Assembly (NCBI RefSeq): GCF_030028105.1
Contig: NC_092383.1
Span: forward strand, 86,757,921 to 86,821,920
Length of the DNA stretch: 64,000 bases
Reading direction: 5' to 3'
From: Mobula birostris
Lineage: Eukaryota
In this document: positions 46,301 to 58,300 of the stretch, one piece after another
Layout of the letters: every line of letters starts with the position of its first letter
Numbering within the stretch: position 1 is the first letter of the stretch
Translations under genes and position numbers: made by a program
Notes under the pieces: generated by a model
The model's input: the letters and a program-made list of their open reading frames with translations, nothing else
What the model was told of the DNA's origin: nothing
The model's database searches: none

Positions 46301-49300
46301 TATACTCCGTCCCTAAAGTCACCATTCATTTTGTATATATCTGACAATTTCCTGCTTTCACATTATGAGGGTTTTCCAGGACACACACAAATGCTGCCAT
46401 TGCAAAGTCAAACTGTTAGGTGCCACTTTAGACTGTCTCCTTGTGTCTGAGAGAGATTGAAACTGATTTTCACACTGACATGTACTCAGTGTCATCACTG
46501 CTGTTCTGATCTGGAGACCTGCTGTGTTCAGGGTTAATGTCAGACATGGCAGTTCAGGAAGATGTGAGGATGCAGAGACACAGAGAGGAAGGTGATCTGC
46601 TCAGTTTGCAAACTGGTACAGAATTGCTGAAATCTTTAGAGTGTTTGATTTTCAGAAGTTCACTGATTCTTTTCCACAGAACCCATGTCTGTTCCTTTGC
46701 TTCGATTTTCACCATCAACAAATGGCTCAAGTTGTGGGGACTCCGTGTCAGTGTCCTGTGAGTCTGTCCATGGATCCCTTCCCATTCAGTACTCATGGTA
46801 CGAAAAGACCCCATCTGTGGATTCAAAGATCTCTGACACAAATAAACTGGATCTACATTGTCAATCCATAAAATACAAAAATCATCTATATTATTGCAAA
46901 GCCTCAAATGTTAATGGAACGACGTCCAGTGAAATGGTCAACGTATCCATCTCCAACAGTGTCAGGACCTGCAGAAATGTGATTGAAGTCAACAGCATGA
47001 GTAAGTAGTGCAGGATTTGATTCTTTATGATAGTCGATGGAGTACAACTGAACAACTGTGGCGTGCTGGATTTTGTGTTGTTGGATCTTCACTCAGGAGC
47101 ATGGGGTGCATGCTGTCACCACTTTTCAGAGAATCAACAGCCTTTTGGCACAGCAGTTCAAACCTCTGTCTCTCACCAGAGTGTCTCCTGCTTCGGATCT
47201 GCTCTCGGTGGCTGGGTGTGAATGTGGTAATTTTTTCGGCCATTCATTAAGATAGTCCTTCCAAGATAAACTACTGCAAGATGCAAAGTAATTCTATTAT
47301 CAAAGTACATATATGTCACCATATTCTACCCCGAGATCCATTTTCCTGCAAACATTCACAGTAGAAACAAATACATAAAACAGAAACAATGAAAAACATA
47401 CAATCCAAGATGGACAAACAACCAATGTGCAAAAGACACATACAGATACAAAAGGATCAAATTATTAATACGTAAATAAATAATTAATGTTGAGAGCATT
47501 AGTTGGTAAGTCCTTGGAAGTGAGCAGTTCAGTGTTGAAGTGAGTGAAGGTATCCATGCTAGTTCAGGAGCCTCATGGTTGAAGGGTAATAACTGTTTCT
47601 GACCCTGCTGGTGTGACACCTCCTTCCCAATGACAGCAGCGTGAGGAGAGCATGGCCTGGGTGGTAGCAGTCCTTGATGATGGATGCTGCTTTCTCGTGA
47701 CAGAGCTCCTTGGAGACTTTATCCATATTTGCTCTGCCTGAATTTATAAACAATTATCTGTGCTGTACTTTATAGAAAATGAGCTGAGTCATAAAATCAA
47801 AGCAGTTGTATCTTTATAAAATACGTAAAAATCACATGTATTGTGAAAGTCCATGTCCTGAAAACCAACATATCTTTCTCTAATAGATGGAATTGAGAGA
47901 TGTGACCTCAAAAAACTGTGTATCCTAGTTCACTGAGTCTCCAAGCAAAAGTGTAGATAGACTGAACTCAAATGAATCCTATAATGAGTAGCCTCAAGAA
48001 ACATTATTGAAGAGGTAAGGGTTATATTGGAATCATTCAACCACTCAACCAATGGGGACTTGGATAAATTATATTGGGCCTTACTATTTCCCCAATTCAG
48101 CTAATCAGAAATACTTAGGAAAAAATTAGTATTGCTTAGACTGGGGCAATAACAATAATGTAGATAATTTCCTAAATGGTAATAGAATAGAAAGGGGGTC
48201 AAATATAATGAGTTTTGAATATCTTTGTACATCTTTCAGTGAAGGTAAACCATGCAGATGCAGCAGGGCATAAGGAATGCAAATTGTATTTGGACTTTCA
48301 GAGAGATTTGAGTAAAGGAACAAGCATGAAACACTGCAATGATACAGGGATTTTATCAGTTAGGACCAAAGTTCAAATACATTTATTATTGAAGTATGTA
48401 TACCATATACAACTTTCTGATTTGTCTCCTTGCAGGCAGCCACATAACAAAGAAACCTAATAGAACTGCAGAAAAAAAAAGATACCATTCAAACAATGAT
48501 AGTAAGCAAATAGCATTCAGGAGTGAAATTCATGCAAGTGAGTCCACAGCCATGAAGCCAGTCACAACCCGTCTCGGAGCCTGTTAGTTGCAGGCCACAG
48601 CCTCAGTTCAGTGCTGAGATGAGTAAATCTTGCAGAGCATTTAGCCTCACTTCAACCAGTCCCTCTCATCCAGCCCTGACACCCTGACCTTTTCAATCTG
48701 GCCTGGTGCTTAAATCAGTCACATATTGACTTGTTCCTCGCTGTCGGGCCACCAGCATTGTCAGCAGATTTGATCCAATGAACGATGTTCTTGTTATGGA
48801 AGGCAGAGAGCAAAGGATCAGCAGACTGATTTCTGGAATGTCACAAGTGACAAAAGATCAGAGATATGATTGATAAGGTTTTTATTTGCTGGAGTTTAGA
48901 AGGCTGGGAGGTGATCTCATAGAAACCTGCAATATTTTAGCAGGGTGATACACAAGCAGGTAGGTTGCTTCCAGTGCCAGGGAATACAGGACAGTGCATG
49001 GAATCTGAGAATAATCTAAGGGTGAGCTACGAGGGGTGATTGATAAGTTCGTGGCCTAAGGTAGAAGGAGTCAATTTTAGAAAACCTAGCACATTTGTTT
49101 TTCAACATAGTCCCCTCTTACATTTACACACTTAGTCCAGCGGTCGTGGAGCATATGGATCTTGGACCTCCAGAAAGTGTCCACAGCAGGGATGATTTTT
49201 ATGTTCGTGGCCTATGGTAGGTGGAGATGAGTAACACAGCTCTAGTTTCATGCACATGCAGTTCAACTCTTTGAGTGATTATGTACAAAGTTTGAAGTTA

Positions 49301-52300
49301 ATAATTCATGTCCTTTTACCTTAGGCCACACATTTATCAATCACCCCAATGAGTTATTTATTAACTTCAAACTTTCTGTATAATCACACAAGGAGTTGAA
49401 CTGCATGTGCATGTAACGAGAGCTGTGTAATGCATCTCCTTCTACCTTAGGCCACGAACTTATCAATCACCCATGCTGTGGACACTTTCTGGAGGTCCAA
49501 GATTCTTATGTTCCACGACCGCTGGACTAAGTGTGTAAATGTAGGAGCGGACTATGTTGGAAAATAAGTGTGTTAGGTTTTCTAAAACGGACTCCTTCTA
49601 CCTTAGGCCATGAACTTATCAATCATCCCTCATATTTAAGACTGAGATTAGGAAAGATTTCTTCTCCCAGAAAGTGATGACATGTATTCAAGAAAGATCT
49701 AGTTACTTTTTTCAGAGGTGGAGAGATTAAGAGATATGGGAAACAATTACTCTCCCAGAAATACTGGAGATCAGAGGGTTTATTGAAAGGTAGAAAAGGG
49801 GTGAGGCAGGGGTGTGTACTAGCACCAGTGCTCTTTAACATCTTCCTCTTGTGTGTTACCAAGCTTCTCCACAACAAGACTGAGGACATCAGCGGTGTGG
49901 CAGTGGACGTCAGATTAGATGGCAACCTCTTTGACATCAGGAGGCTCCACACAACCACCAAACTCCGTGGAGAGCGAGTCCTGGAGCTGCAGTATGCAGA
50001 CGACTGTGCTCTTGTGGCCCGTACTCCGGAGGATCTTCAGACTGTCCTTGCTGTGGTGGTGAGAGCGTACAGCAGGATGGGGCTGACTGTCAATACCACT
50101 TTGCCAGTGGAGTACCAGCATCCCACCCACTCTACCTGCCTTCACTGTTGGTGATGAAAAGCTGTTAGTAGTGCCATCTTTCAAATATCTGGGGAGCATT
50201 CTCTCTGAGGATAGCGGCATTGACAACGACATCCAGAGCCGCATCAGCTGCCTTTGGGAAACTTCAGCGTACAGTCTTTCAGAACAGGAGTCTTTGTCCC
50301 TCCACAAAGGTCGCCGTATACCAAGCGGTCTGTGTCACCACCCTCCTTTATAGCTGTGAAGTTTGGGTAACCTACAGCCATCACATCAAGCCCTTGGAGC
50401 GCTTCCACATAAGCCGCCTCCAGTGCGTCCTGGGAATTACTTGGTGTGAGCGGGTGTCTCACACTGAAATACTCGTAAAGACCAACTGCAGAAGTATTGA
50501 GGCCATGATCACCCAGCGTCAGCTGCAATGGCTGGGGCACGTGATAAGGATGCCTCCATGCCAGCTACCCTGCAGAGTGTTATACGGCCAGCTACAGCAT
50601 GGTCGACGCTCAGCTGGAGGGCCGAAGAAGTGCTATAAGGATCAGATGAAGAATGCTTTAAGGAAGTGCAAGATCAGACCCGGGGACCTAGAGGAGGTTG
50701 CTGTTGACTGTACCACTTGGCGACAGCTGTGTAGGGACGGGGTCCGTATTCTGGAGATGGAAAGAACAACCGGAAGACAGCAGAAGAGAGCCAGGAGAAA
50801 TGCAGCCATGGTTTCCACCACTACTACATATACATGTCCCACCTGCAACAGAGCTTGTGGGTCCAGGATAGGACTGTATAGTCATCAAAGATCACACTGT
50901 TAAAGGAGTGGACGTCGTCATCCGATTTCAATGGACAACCAAAGAAGAAGAAAGTTGGTATTCACCAATAATATCAGAATGGTGATGGGAAAACTGATGT
51001 GACTGAAAACCAATAAATCTCCAGGTTCTGATACTCTACATCCCAGAGGACATAAGGAATTGGCATGAGAAAACTATAGATGCATTATCGGCCATATTTA
51101 ATTCCAATGGACAGGAGAGATGCTAACCCTTCTATTTTAAAAAAGGAGGTACAGAGAAGAGTGGAAATTATAGAGCAACTAGCCTGACATTAGTTATCAG
51201 GAAATGTGGTGAAGCAGGACAAAAGACAAAACCAAAATATTGAATTGGTCTTGTGTTTCTTTGTGCCCATTATAAATTCTCCCATTTCGGTCTGTTAGAT
51301 GGCCAATATTTGTTTTAGTTAATCTTCTCTTCACATATCTATAGAAGTTTTCACATAGGTATATATGTTCCCTGTAAACCTGCTCATGTTCTGTATTTTC
51401 AATGCTTTAATCAATTACTTTGTTTTGTCATGAATTCTAAACTACTTCTAATACTCAACTTTGCTGTTTCTACCAAACATTACACATTTCGTTGAACCTA
51501 ATAAATCTACAAATCTCATTTGAGAGTCGTGCTTGACAGTCTAAAAGCTTCAGAGGGAATCTCTTTAATACATGAAATATTCCCTGAGGGATGGATGGAG
51601 TTTATGTTGAACTCCTTGCCTGCTCTCCTTCTTCCTCTGGTGCTCCCCTCCCCCTTTCTTTCTCCCTAGGCCTCCCATCCCATGATCCTTCCCTTCTCCA
51701 GCCTTGTACCCCTTTTACCAATCAACTTTCTAGCTCTTAGCTTCATCTGTCCCCCTACAGTCTTCTCCTATCATTTCGGATCTCCTCCTCTCCCTCCTAC
51801 TTTCAAATCTCTTACTATCTTTTCTTTCAGTTACTCCTGACAAAGGGTCTCGGCCCAAAACGTCGACTGTACCTCTTCCTAGAGATGCTGCCTGGCCTGC
51901 TGTGTTCCACCAGCATTTTGTGTGTGTTGGCTAGAATTTCCAGCATCTGCAGATTTCCTCGTGTTTATGTACATATGATTGCACTTAATCGGAGTTTGTA
52001 CTGAGGAACAGCCTTTTCATTGAGAAAACGTCCTGCATTATCCTGTTGGATAAAAAGTGTACTTGAACCATTATCTGCCTGAATATTCAAGCACAGTTAT
52101 GACCACGCCCCTGCAGAGGGTGATGGGGCCCCGGAAAGAGGTCTCCCCATGGCTGGCAGAGGCCAGCTCCCTGGCTGGAACTTCCCCTTATGATTGGGAT
52201 TACAGTTCCCTCAGTCCAAGTCCCCAGCAGCATCTCCACACCACCAGTGCCTAAATACGGGAAAGAATCCAAATTGTCAGTGAATGTAATTGGGTGCTCA

Positions 52301-55300
52301 GGAGAACAGCAATAAGCATAACACCATTACAACACCAGCGATCAGTGACCGGGGCCCAATTCCCACCACTGTTGCAAGTTGTTTGTGCATTCTCCCAGTG
52401 ACTGTGTGGGTTTCCTCTGCGTGCTCTGATTTCCTCTCACGTTCCAAAGGCACACGGGCAAGTATTAGTAATTCATAGGCAAGCCATTTTGGTGCTGGAA
52501 GCATGGAACACTTGCAGGCTTCCCTCAGAAAATATTCTGTGTTGGTTGTCATTGCTAACGATGCATTTCACTGTGTGATCTGATGAACATGTGACAAATA
52601 AATCTCATCTTTAATCTTTAAATGTGTATTGAGTAACAGATCACCTTTGGTCCACCATGCTCAAGTACCCATTGGTCCAACAATTGTGCTGTCTTGTTTT
52701 TGCAAGTACAAAGCAGATAAAATGTCATTTGATTTTCCTTTAACAGGGCCAATCGATTTCTGTGAAAATACTGTGACAGAATCTACGACAACTACACAAG
52801 GGGAAGAATCTAAATCAGATAAAATGTAAAGTATAAGTTTCTCTCTACGGCTGGTTTCACTGCTACTCCTTCCAAATACAGCCAGTTGGGAGAGAAATCT
52901 GTTTCTCTTTAACTGGTATTAAAAACATTTGACATGATTAACTTCAATGAAATGATGTGCCGGAAACTGATTTTCTTGTACAGGCGTCAAGCCCGTGATC
53001 AAAGATAATCTTCTTACCCTAAATATTCTGAGTAATGAAGTGATTGGTATATATTAGAACAACAGGCCCTTCAGCCTGACTCGTCCAAGCCAAACAAGAG
53101 TCCAGGCAGCCACGAAACAAAGAAAACCATGGAAACTGTTCAAAGAAGAGGTTCAGCTACATAGTCAGCAACGCTGTCTGTCAGAGAAGAAGCCACCAAT
53201 CAATCCTTTTAATGTAACAGTTCCAATGAAATGTTTGTAAAGGAACATGGTAGGGATCCCAAATGGCCTGGACAATAGTTACTCTTTAACCAACATCACT
53301 ATCATTGGTCATGGTCACATTTCTACTTGTGAGACCTTGCTGTGAGCAGATTGGCTGCTGCAATTTCCCACGTTGTCAACAGTGTCTAATGTTCATTTTC
53401 TGATCTGCAGACATCCTGAGCTCATGAAAAATGCGGTGTAAATGTCAGACTTTACAAATGGCCAAGAATAAGTTTCAAACCAGGACTGACACTTTCCTAT
53501 TCTTTACCACAGGCCCACTTACATAATTGTGCTCAGTGTCATTGGAATTCTTCTCATACTACTTGTCATTTGTCTACTTTGCTACCTGAAGAGAAAAAGC
53601 AAGGGTAGGTTTCTTTTTTCCTTTAATTATTTCATGATGAATATGATAGCTAGCTGCTGAATCTGAAGGAACTTGATCTGGCTGCAGTGAACAAAAAACC
53701 AGGTTTAGAGTGCTGATGTGTTGGTTTACAACACATGAATGAATGGTGTTGCTTCCACTGTAACCTGGTGACTCCATTATTCCTGAAACATCAGCCGATG
53801 GAATCTCACATCAATTGTGGAATGGCAGAGAACTAAGAGGCTGGGTTGAAGAAAGATTTAGGTGGTCTCACTGTTGTACTCAGTTTTGGAGAATTAGCTG
53901 TTGTATTTGAAGATGTATTCAATAAGCTGTTCCTCAGTACAACTTCCAAATTAAAAGCAATCATTTCGACAATGTATGTGTAAAATCATTCTCTCATGTT
54001 ATTCTCAAAAAAAAAAGATCAGGTGTATCTTTCACCTATCTACCACTCACTATATATCACTGGACAAAGTACCCTGCTCTCATTGGTTGCTGCAGATTAA
54101 ATCACGGGTCTGCTTTGCTGAGATGATCCTGAGATGGGCACCATGGTAGCGTAGAGGTTAGCGCCACACTGTTACTCCTCGGGGCTTTTTGGAGATCGGA
54201 GTTCAATTCCGATGTTGTTTCGTAAGGAGTCTCTGTGTCCAGCCCATTGAATGTGTCCCTGGGTACTCCAGTTTCCTCCCACTCTCCAAAGAGAGTTATC
54301 TGGTCATTGTAAATTGTTCCATGATTTGATTTTTAATCAGGCTTGTCGGGGTCACTGGGTCAGCGAGGCACAAAGGGCCAGAAGGGCTTACTCTGTGATG
54401 TATAAATAAATAAATAAGTAATCTTGTGTCCTTTAAGTAGACTTTGTAAACCAGTGAAGAGAACTGTGAGTACAGAGATCATCTCTGTGTTATTATCAGA
54501 TGGGGAAATGGAGTTGAACACTGGAAAATAAAGCCCCTGCAGCCTCCAACTCACTGGCTGAAAATTAAGACAACTAATATTTCAACTGCTCCCCGTGATT
54601 TAGTTCCTGGCCTCTCTCTCTCTCTCCCCCCAACAAACCAGACAATTACTTTCAGCGTAGTATTATTCCCTAGCCAGTGTTTATTGCAAAGATCTGAACA
54701 AAAGGAATGCATTCTTTTCCAAAGAGAAATTCCCTAAATATTCCCTGAGATATAGGCAGAAAAGTGCTAGGAATGCTCAGCATGTCAGATGGCAGCTGTG
54801 GAGAGAGGAACAGCTGATCCTTCAAGGCAATGGTCTTGCATCAGAACTGGAATATGTGAGCAATAACAAGTCTTGAGATGCAGAGCAAGTACAGAAGGAA
54901 GCACAAAAGAGAGGGTTTCTGAGGGAGTACAAGACAGAATAAGTTCATAAGGAAAGATGATGTGTGAGACAAAAGGTGGGTAGTAATAGGATAAATGAAG
55001 ATTTAATGATGGGCAGGCTTTGAGATTTGATTTCTGCATCGGTGACATTATCCTCATCAGTAACAGAATGTACTGCTCTTGATTTCCTTTGAAATTTCTC
55101 TTTATATGGTTAACTACCATTAATTAAAAAATGGGAAGCAGGATTTGGGAAATAAAATCTGTTCACAATTCAACTTGCACTATTCTGCCCTCACTCAAGG
55201 GTTTTCCCTATTTTTTAGACTAGACAGATAGATAAACTCCAGTCCAGGTGTAGTTGTAGTCTGAAGGTGGTTTTATTGATCACCAATGCATTGCAGTGCA

Positions 55301-58300
55301 CAAGGAGCTGAGTAAAAAGACAATGCTTCTAGCTGTTCTCACAAGAGATGGATTCAAATGTTGATTAAAATTCCTTTGACTCATCACAAGTTGTTTCTGA
55401 TAAATGAACGAATGAGTACACAAGTGATTATAAAATGGCCAACCTAATGTCAAAGTTCAATTGCTTAGAAACACAGTAGTAAGGAATGAAAAACTGCTGT
55501 AAACTTACAAGTAAGCAGTGATATCTAGTGGCTAGAAATAAAATAGCAAACTATATCAGGAAGGAACATGACATTCACTAATAGTCTAAGGCCATCAAAG
55601 TCATTCATTGAGGATGGGACATTCGGTTTCCATATGAAATTGTTTATCTCGGTGTTGAATTTGAAAGGATTTATGGTCAGTTGGTAAATGAGATGATTTT
55701 TATTTTGGGCAGTTTGTTCCTCCTGCCTGAGGGACAATCTACCACAGAGTCCTGGGGAGATCAGTGAGATGTTCATGGGACAGTGTGAATATTGTCAGGT
55801 AATCTGCTCCATCATATTGTGAAGGAGAAATATTCTCTAAGCACACACACACAGACAATGAAGAAAATGTAGGTAAATCAGACAGGATTTGTAGCAATAA
55901 AAAGAAAGATAAAATTTCAAATCCAAAACCTTTATCATAATGTTCAAAGATGATAAACGTTAGTTTTCAGTAGCAGAGAAGGTGAGGTAAAAAACAATAT
56001 GATCCTTTCTAAATATTATGCAGTAACCAGAGCAGAGGTTTGCTCTGTGTGGAGAATCATTACTGTGTTGCAGCTGGGGTTCCCGTGGTTCTGAGATTCA
56101 GTATGGGTGTCATGGTAACCTAGCGATTCACGTGAAGCTATTACAGCTCAGGGCGTTCTGGAGTTTGCAGTTCAATTCCAGTGCCGTTCTGAAAGGAGCC
56201 TCTGTATGTCCTCCCTGTGGAATGCATGGATACACTCCGGGTCCTCCAGTGTCCTCCCACAGTCCAAAGACGTACCAGGTAGGTGAATTGGTCGATGGAA
56301 TTGTCCCATGATTAGGTTACGGTTAATCTGGTTTGTCAGGGGTTGCTGGGGTGGCAAAGCTCAAAGGACTGCAAGGGCCGACTCTGTGCAGTATCACTAA
56401 ATAAGTAAATAAATGTTTATGTCCGTAACAAACACTGAATTTTTAGCAGTAATGTTGTATTTTCCAGAATCGAAGCACAACACATCTCACGGAGAAGGCA
56501 ACAATGGAACCCAGGTACAGACATGAAGTATAAATTATCTGAATGCTTCAGAATGTTTAGAAATTGGATTACATGGGAGTTTACAGGTCATTAATCCCCA
56601 CTAGTCCAGTCTAGTATTTATATTAGACACAAACCTCCGAACCCCACCTCATTGATTTCCATTGGCCTATCTTTCGGGTTATTTGTCTCTTTCTGTTCTG
56701 CTCATCCAGCTTTTCCTAAAGTGCGTCTATAATATTTTACCTGACTGTTCATCGAAGTGGCTCCAGTCTTTATTATCATTACTGAATGGTGAAGAGTGAG
56801 ATTGTTCCTTTCTCTACTGTTAGAGATGGAGCATCTAATTGTGTAAATCTGTCTTTGGGTTCAATGGCTTTTCAGTTTACATTTTGTATATTCCCTCTGA
56901 GAGTCTCAAACTCAATGTGAAATCAGAAAAAATGGGTCAGATCAATTAAGAATAACAATTTTAGAGATGACACAGTAGCTTAGTGGTTAGTGTAACACTA
57001 AACAGCGCCAGTACCTTGAGTTCATTTCCACTCCTCTCTGTAAGGAGGTTTTATGTTCTCTCCGTGACCGTGTGGGTTTCCTCTGGGTGCTCTGCTTTCC
57101 TCCCACATTCCAAAGAGGTTAGTATGTTAATTTGGTCACATGGGTTTAATTGGGTAGAACGGGTTTGTTGGGCCAGAATGGCGTGTTACCAAGCTGTATC
57201 TTTAAATAAGTAAATATCTGTCCTGTGCTGACCTCACCCACCCACTTTCTCACTCTACCACTCAATCCTGACACCAGTATGAATATTCTATTGACCCTTA
57301 GGTCTGTTATCAACAATCTTTGTTCATGATATTTTCCACAGTTTTCAGCTTGCTTGTTATTATTACCTTCAATAATTAATGTTCTAATTGATTTAATTTT
57401 TCCAAATTGAATAATTAAGGTCAATATCATCAAAGAGCTTTCTCAATTTCACAATTTCATCAGTTGCTTTTCACTTTTCCAAAGATAACTAACTGCAGAG
57501 TGGAGATTGCTGAAGGATTCTGCTCTGCCGTACATTTTCTCTTCTTTGCATCACGTTCTCTCCAAGAGCTGTACCCTCAGAGAACTGTTTGTTCCTCTTG
57601 GGCATCCTCCAGTCTTGGAATCCCACTACCAAAGTCGGTAGCTTCAGTTGCCCAAATCCCACACACTAGACTTAACCCCATAAACTCCTGCAATTCTGTC
57701 CTCTTAACTTTTGTTCATTAGAGATACAGCAGAGTAACCGGTCCTTCCGACCCACGAGCCACCTAATTACACCCATGTGATCAATTCACCTCCTACAACA
57801 AACCATTTAGACTGTAAACCCTAAAAATATTGTAATTTGCCCAAATAATTCTCAAGTTCATTTTGAAACTGTTCTCTTGCTAAACTCTGTGAAACACCTT
57901 GGACCAGCTTAGCATGTTGGTGTTGTAAAGCAACATGCTGTTGTTGCCCAGTTAGTAGTGGGTCCTGACTGAGGATCACAGTCATTGAGTCATAAGCTGT
58001 TATCAACCACTCTGGAAAATTAAATTCTAGAAGTTGAGGGTTTATTTAAAGCATCAGGGTTTATTTAAAGAGAGGAAACTGAAGGTGATCTAGTAGATGT
58101 GCTCAAGACTATCCAATTGTTTTACAGGATAGTGAAGGTGTTTCCACTTACAGATCAGAAAAGAACTCGAGCTATGAACATAGGATAGTTATTTTTAAAA
58201 ATTGGAGGAACTTAAAACCGTAAGATCATATGGTATAGGAGCAGAATTAGGCCTTTTGGCCCATCAAGACTGCTCCACCCTTCAATCATGACTGATTTAT

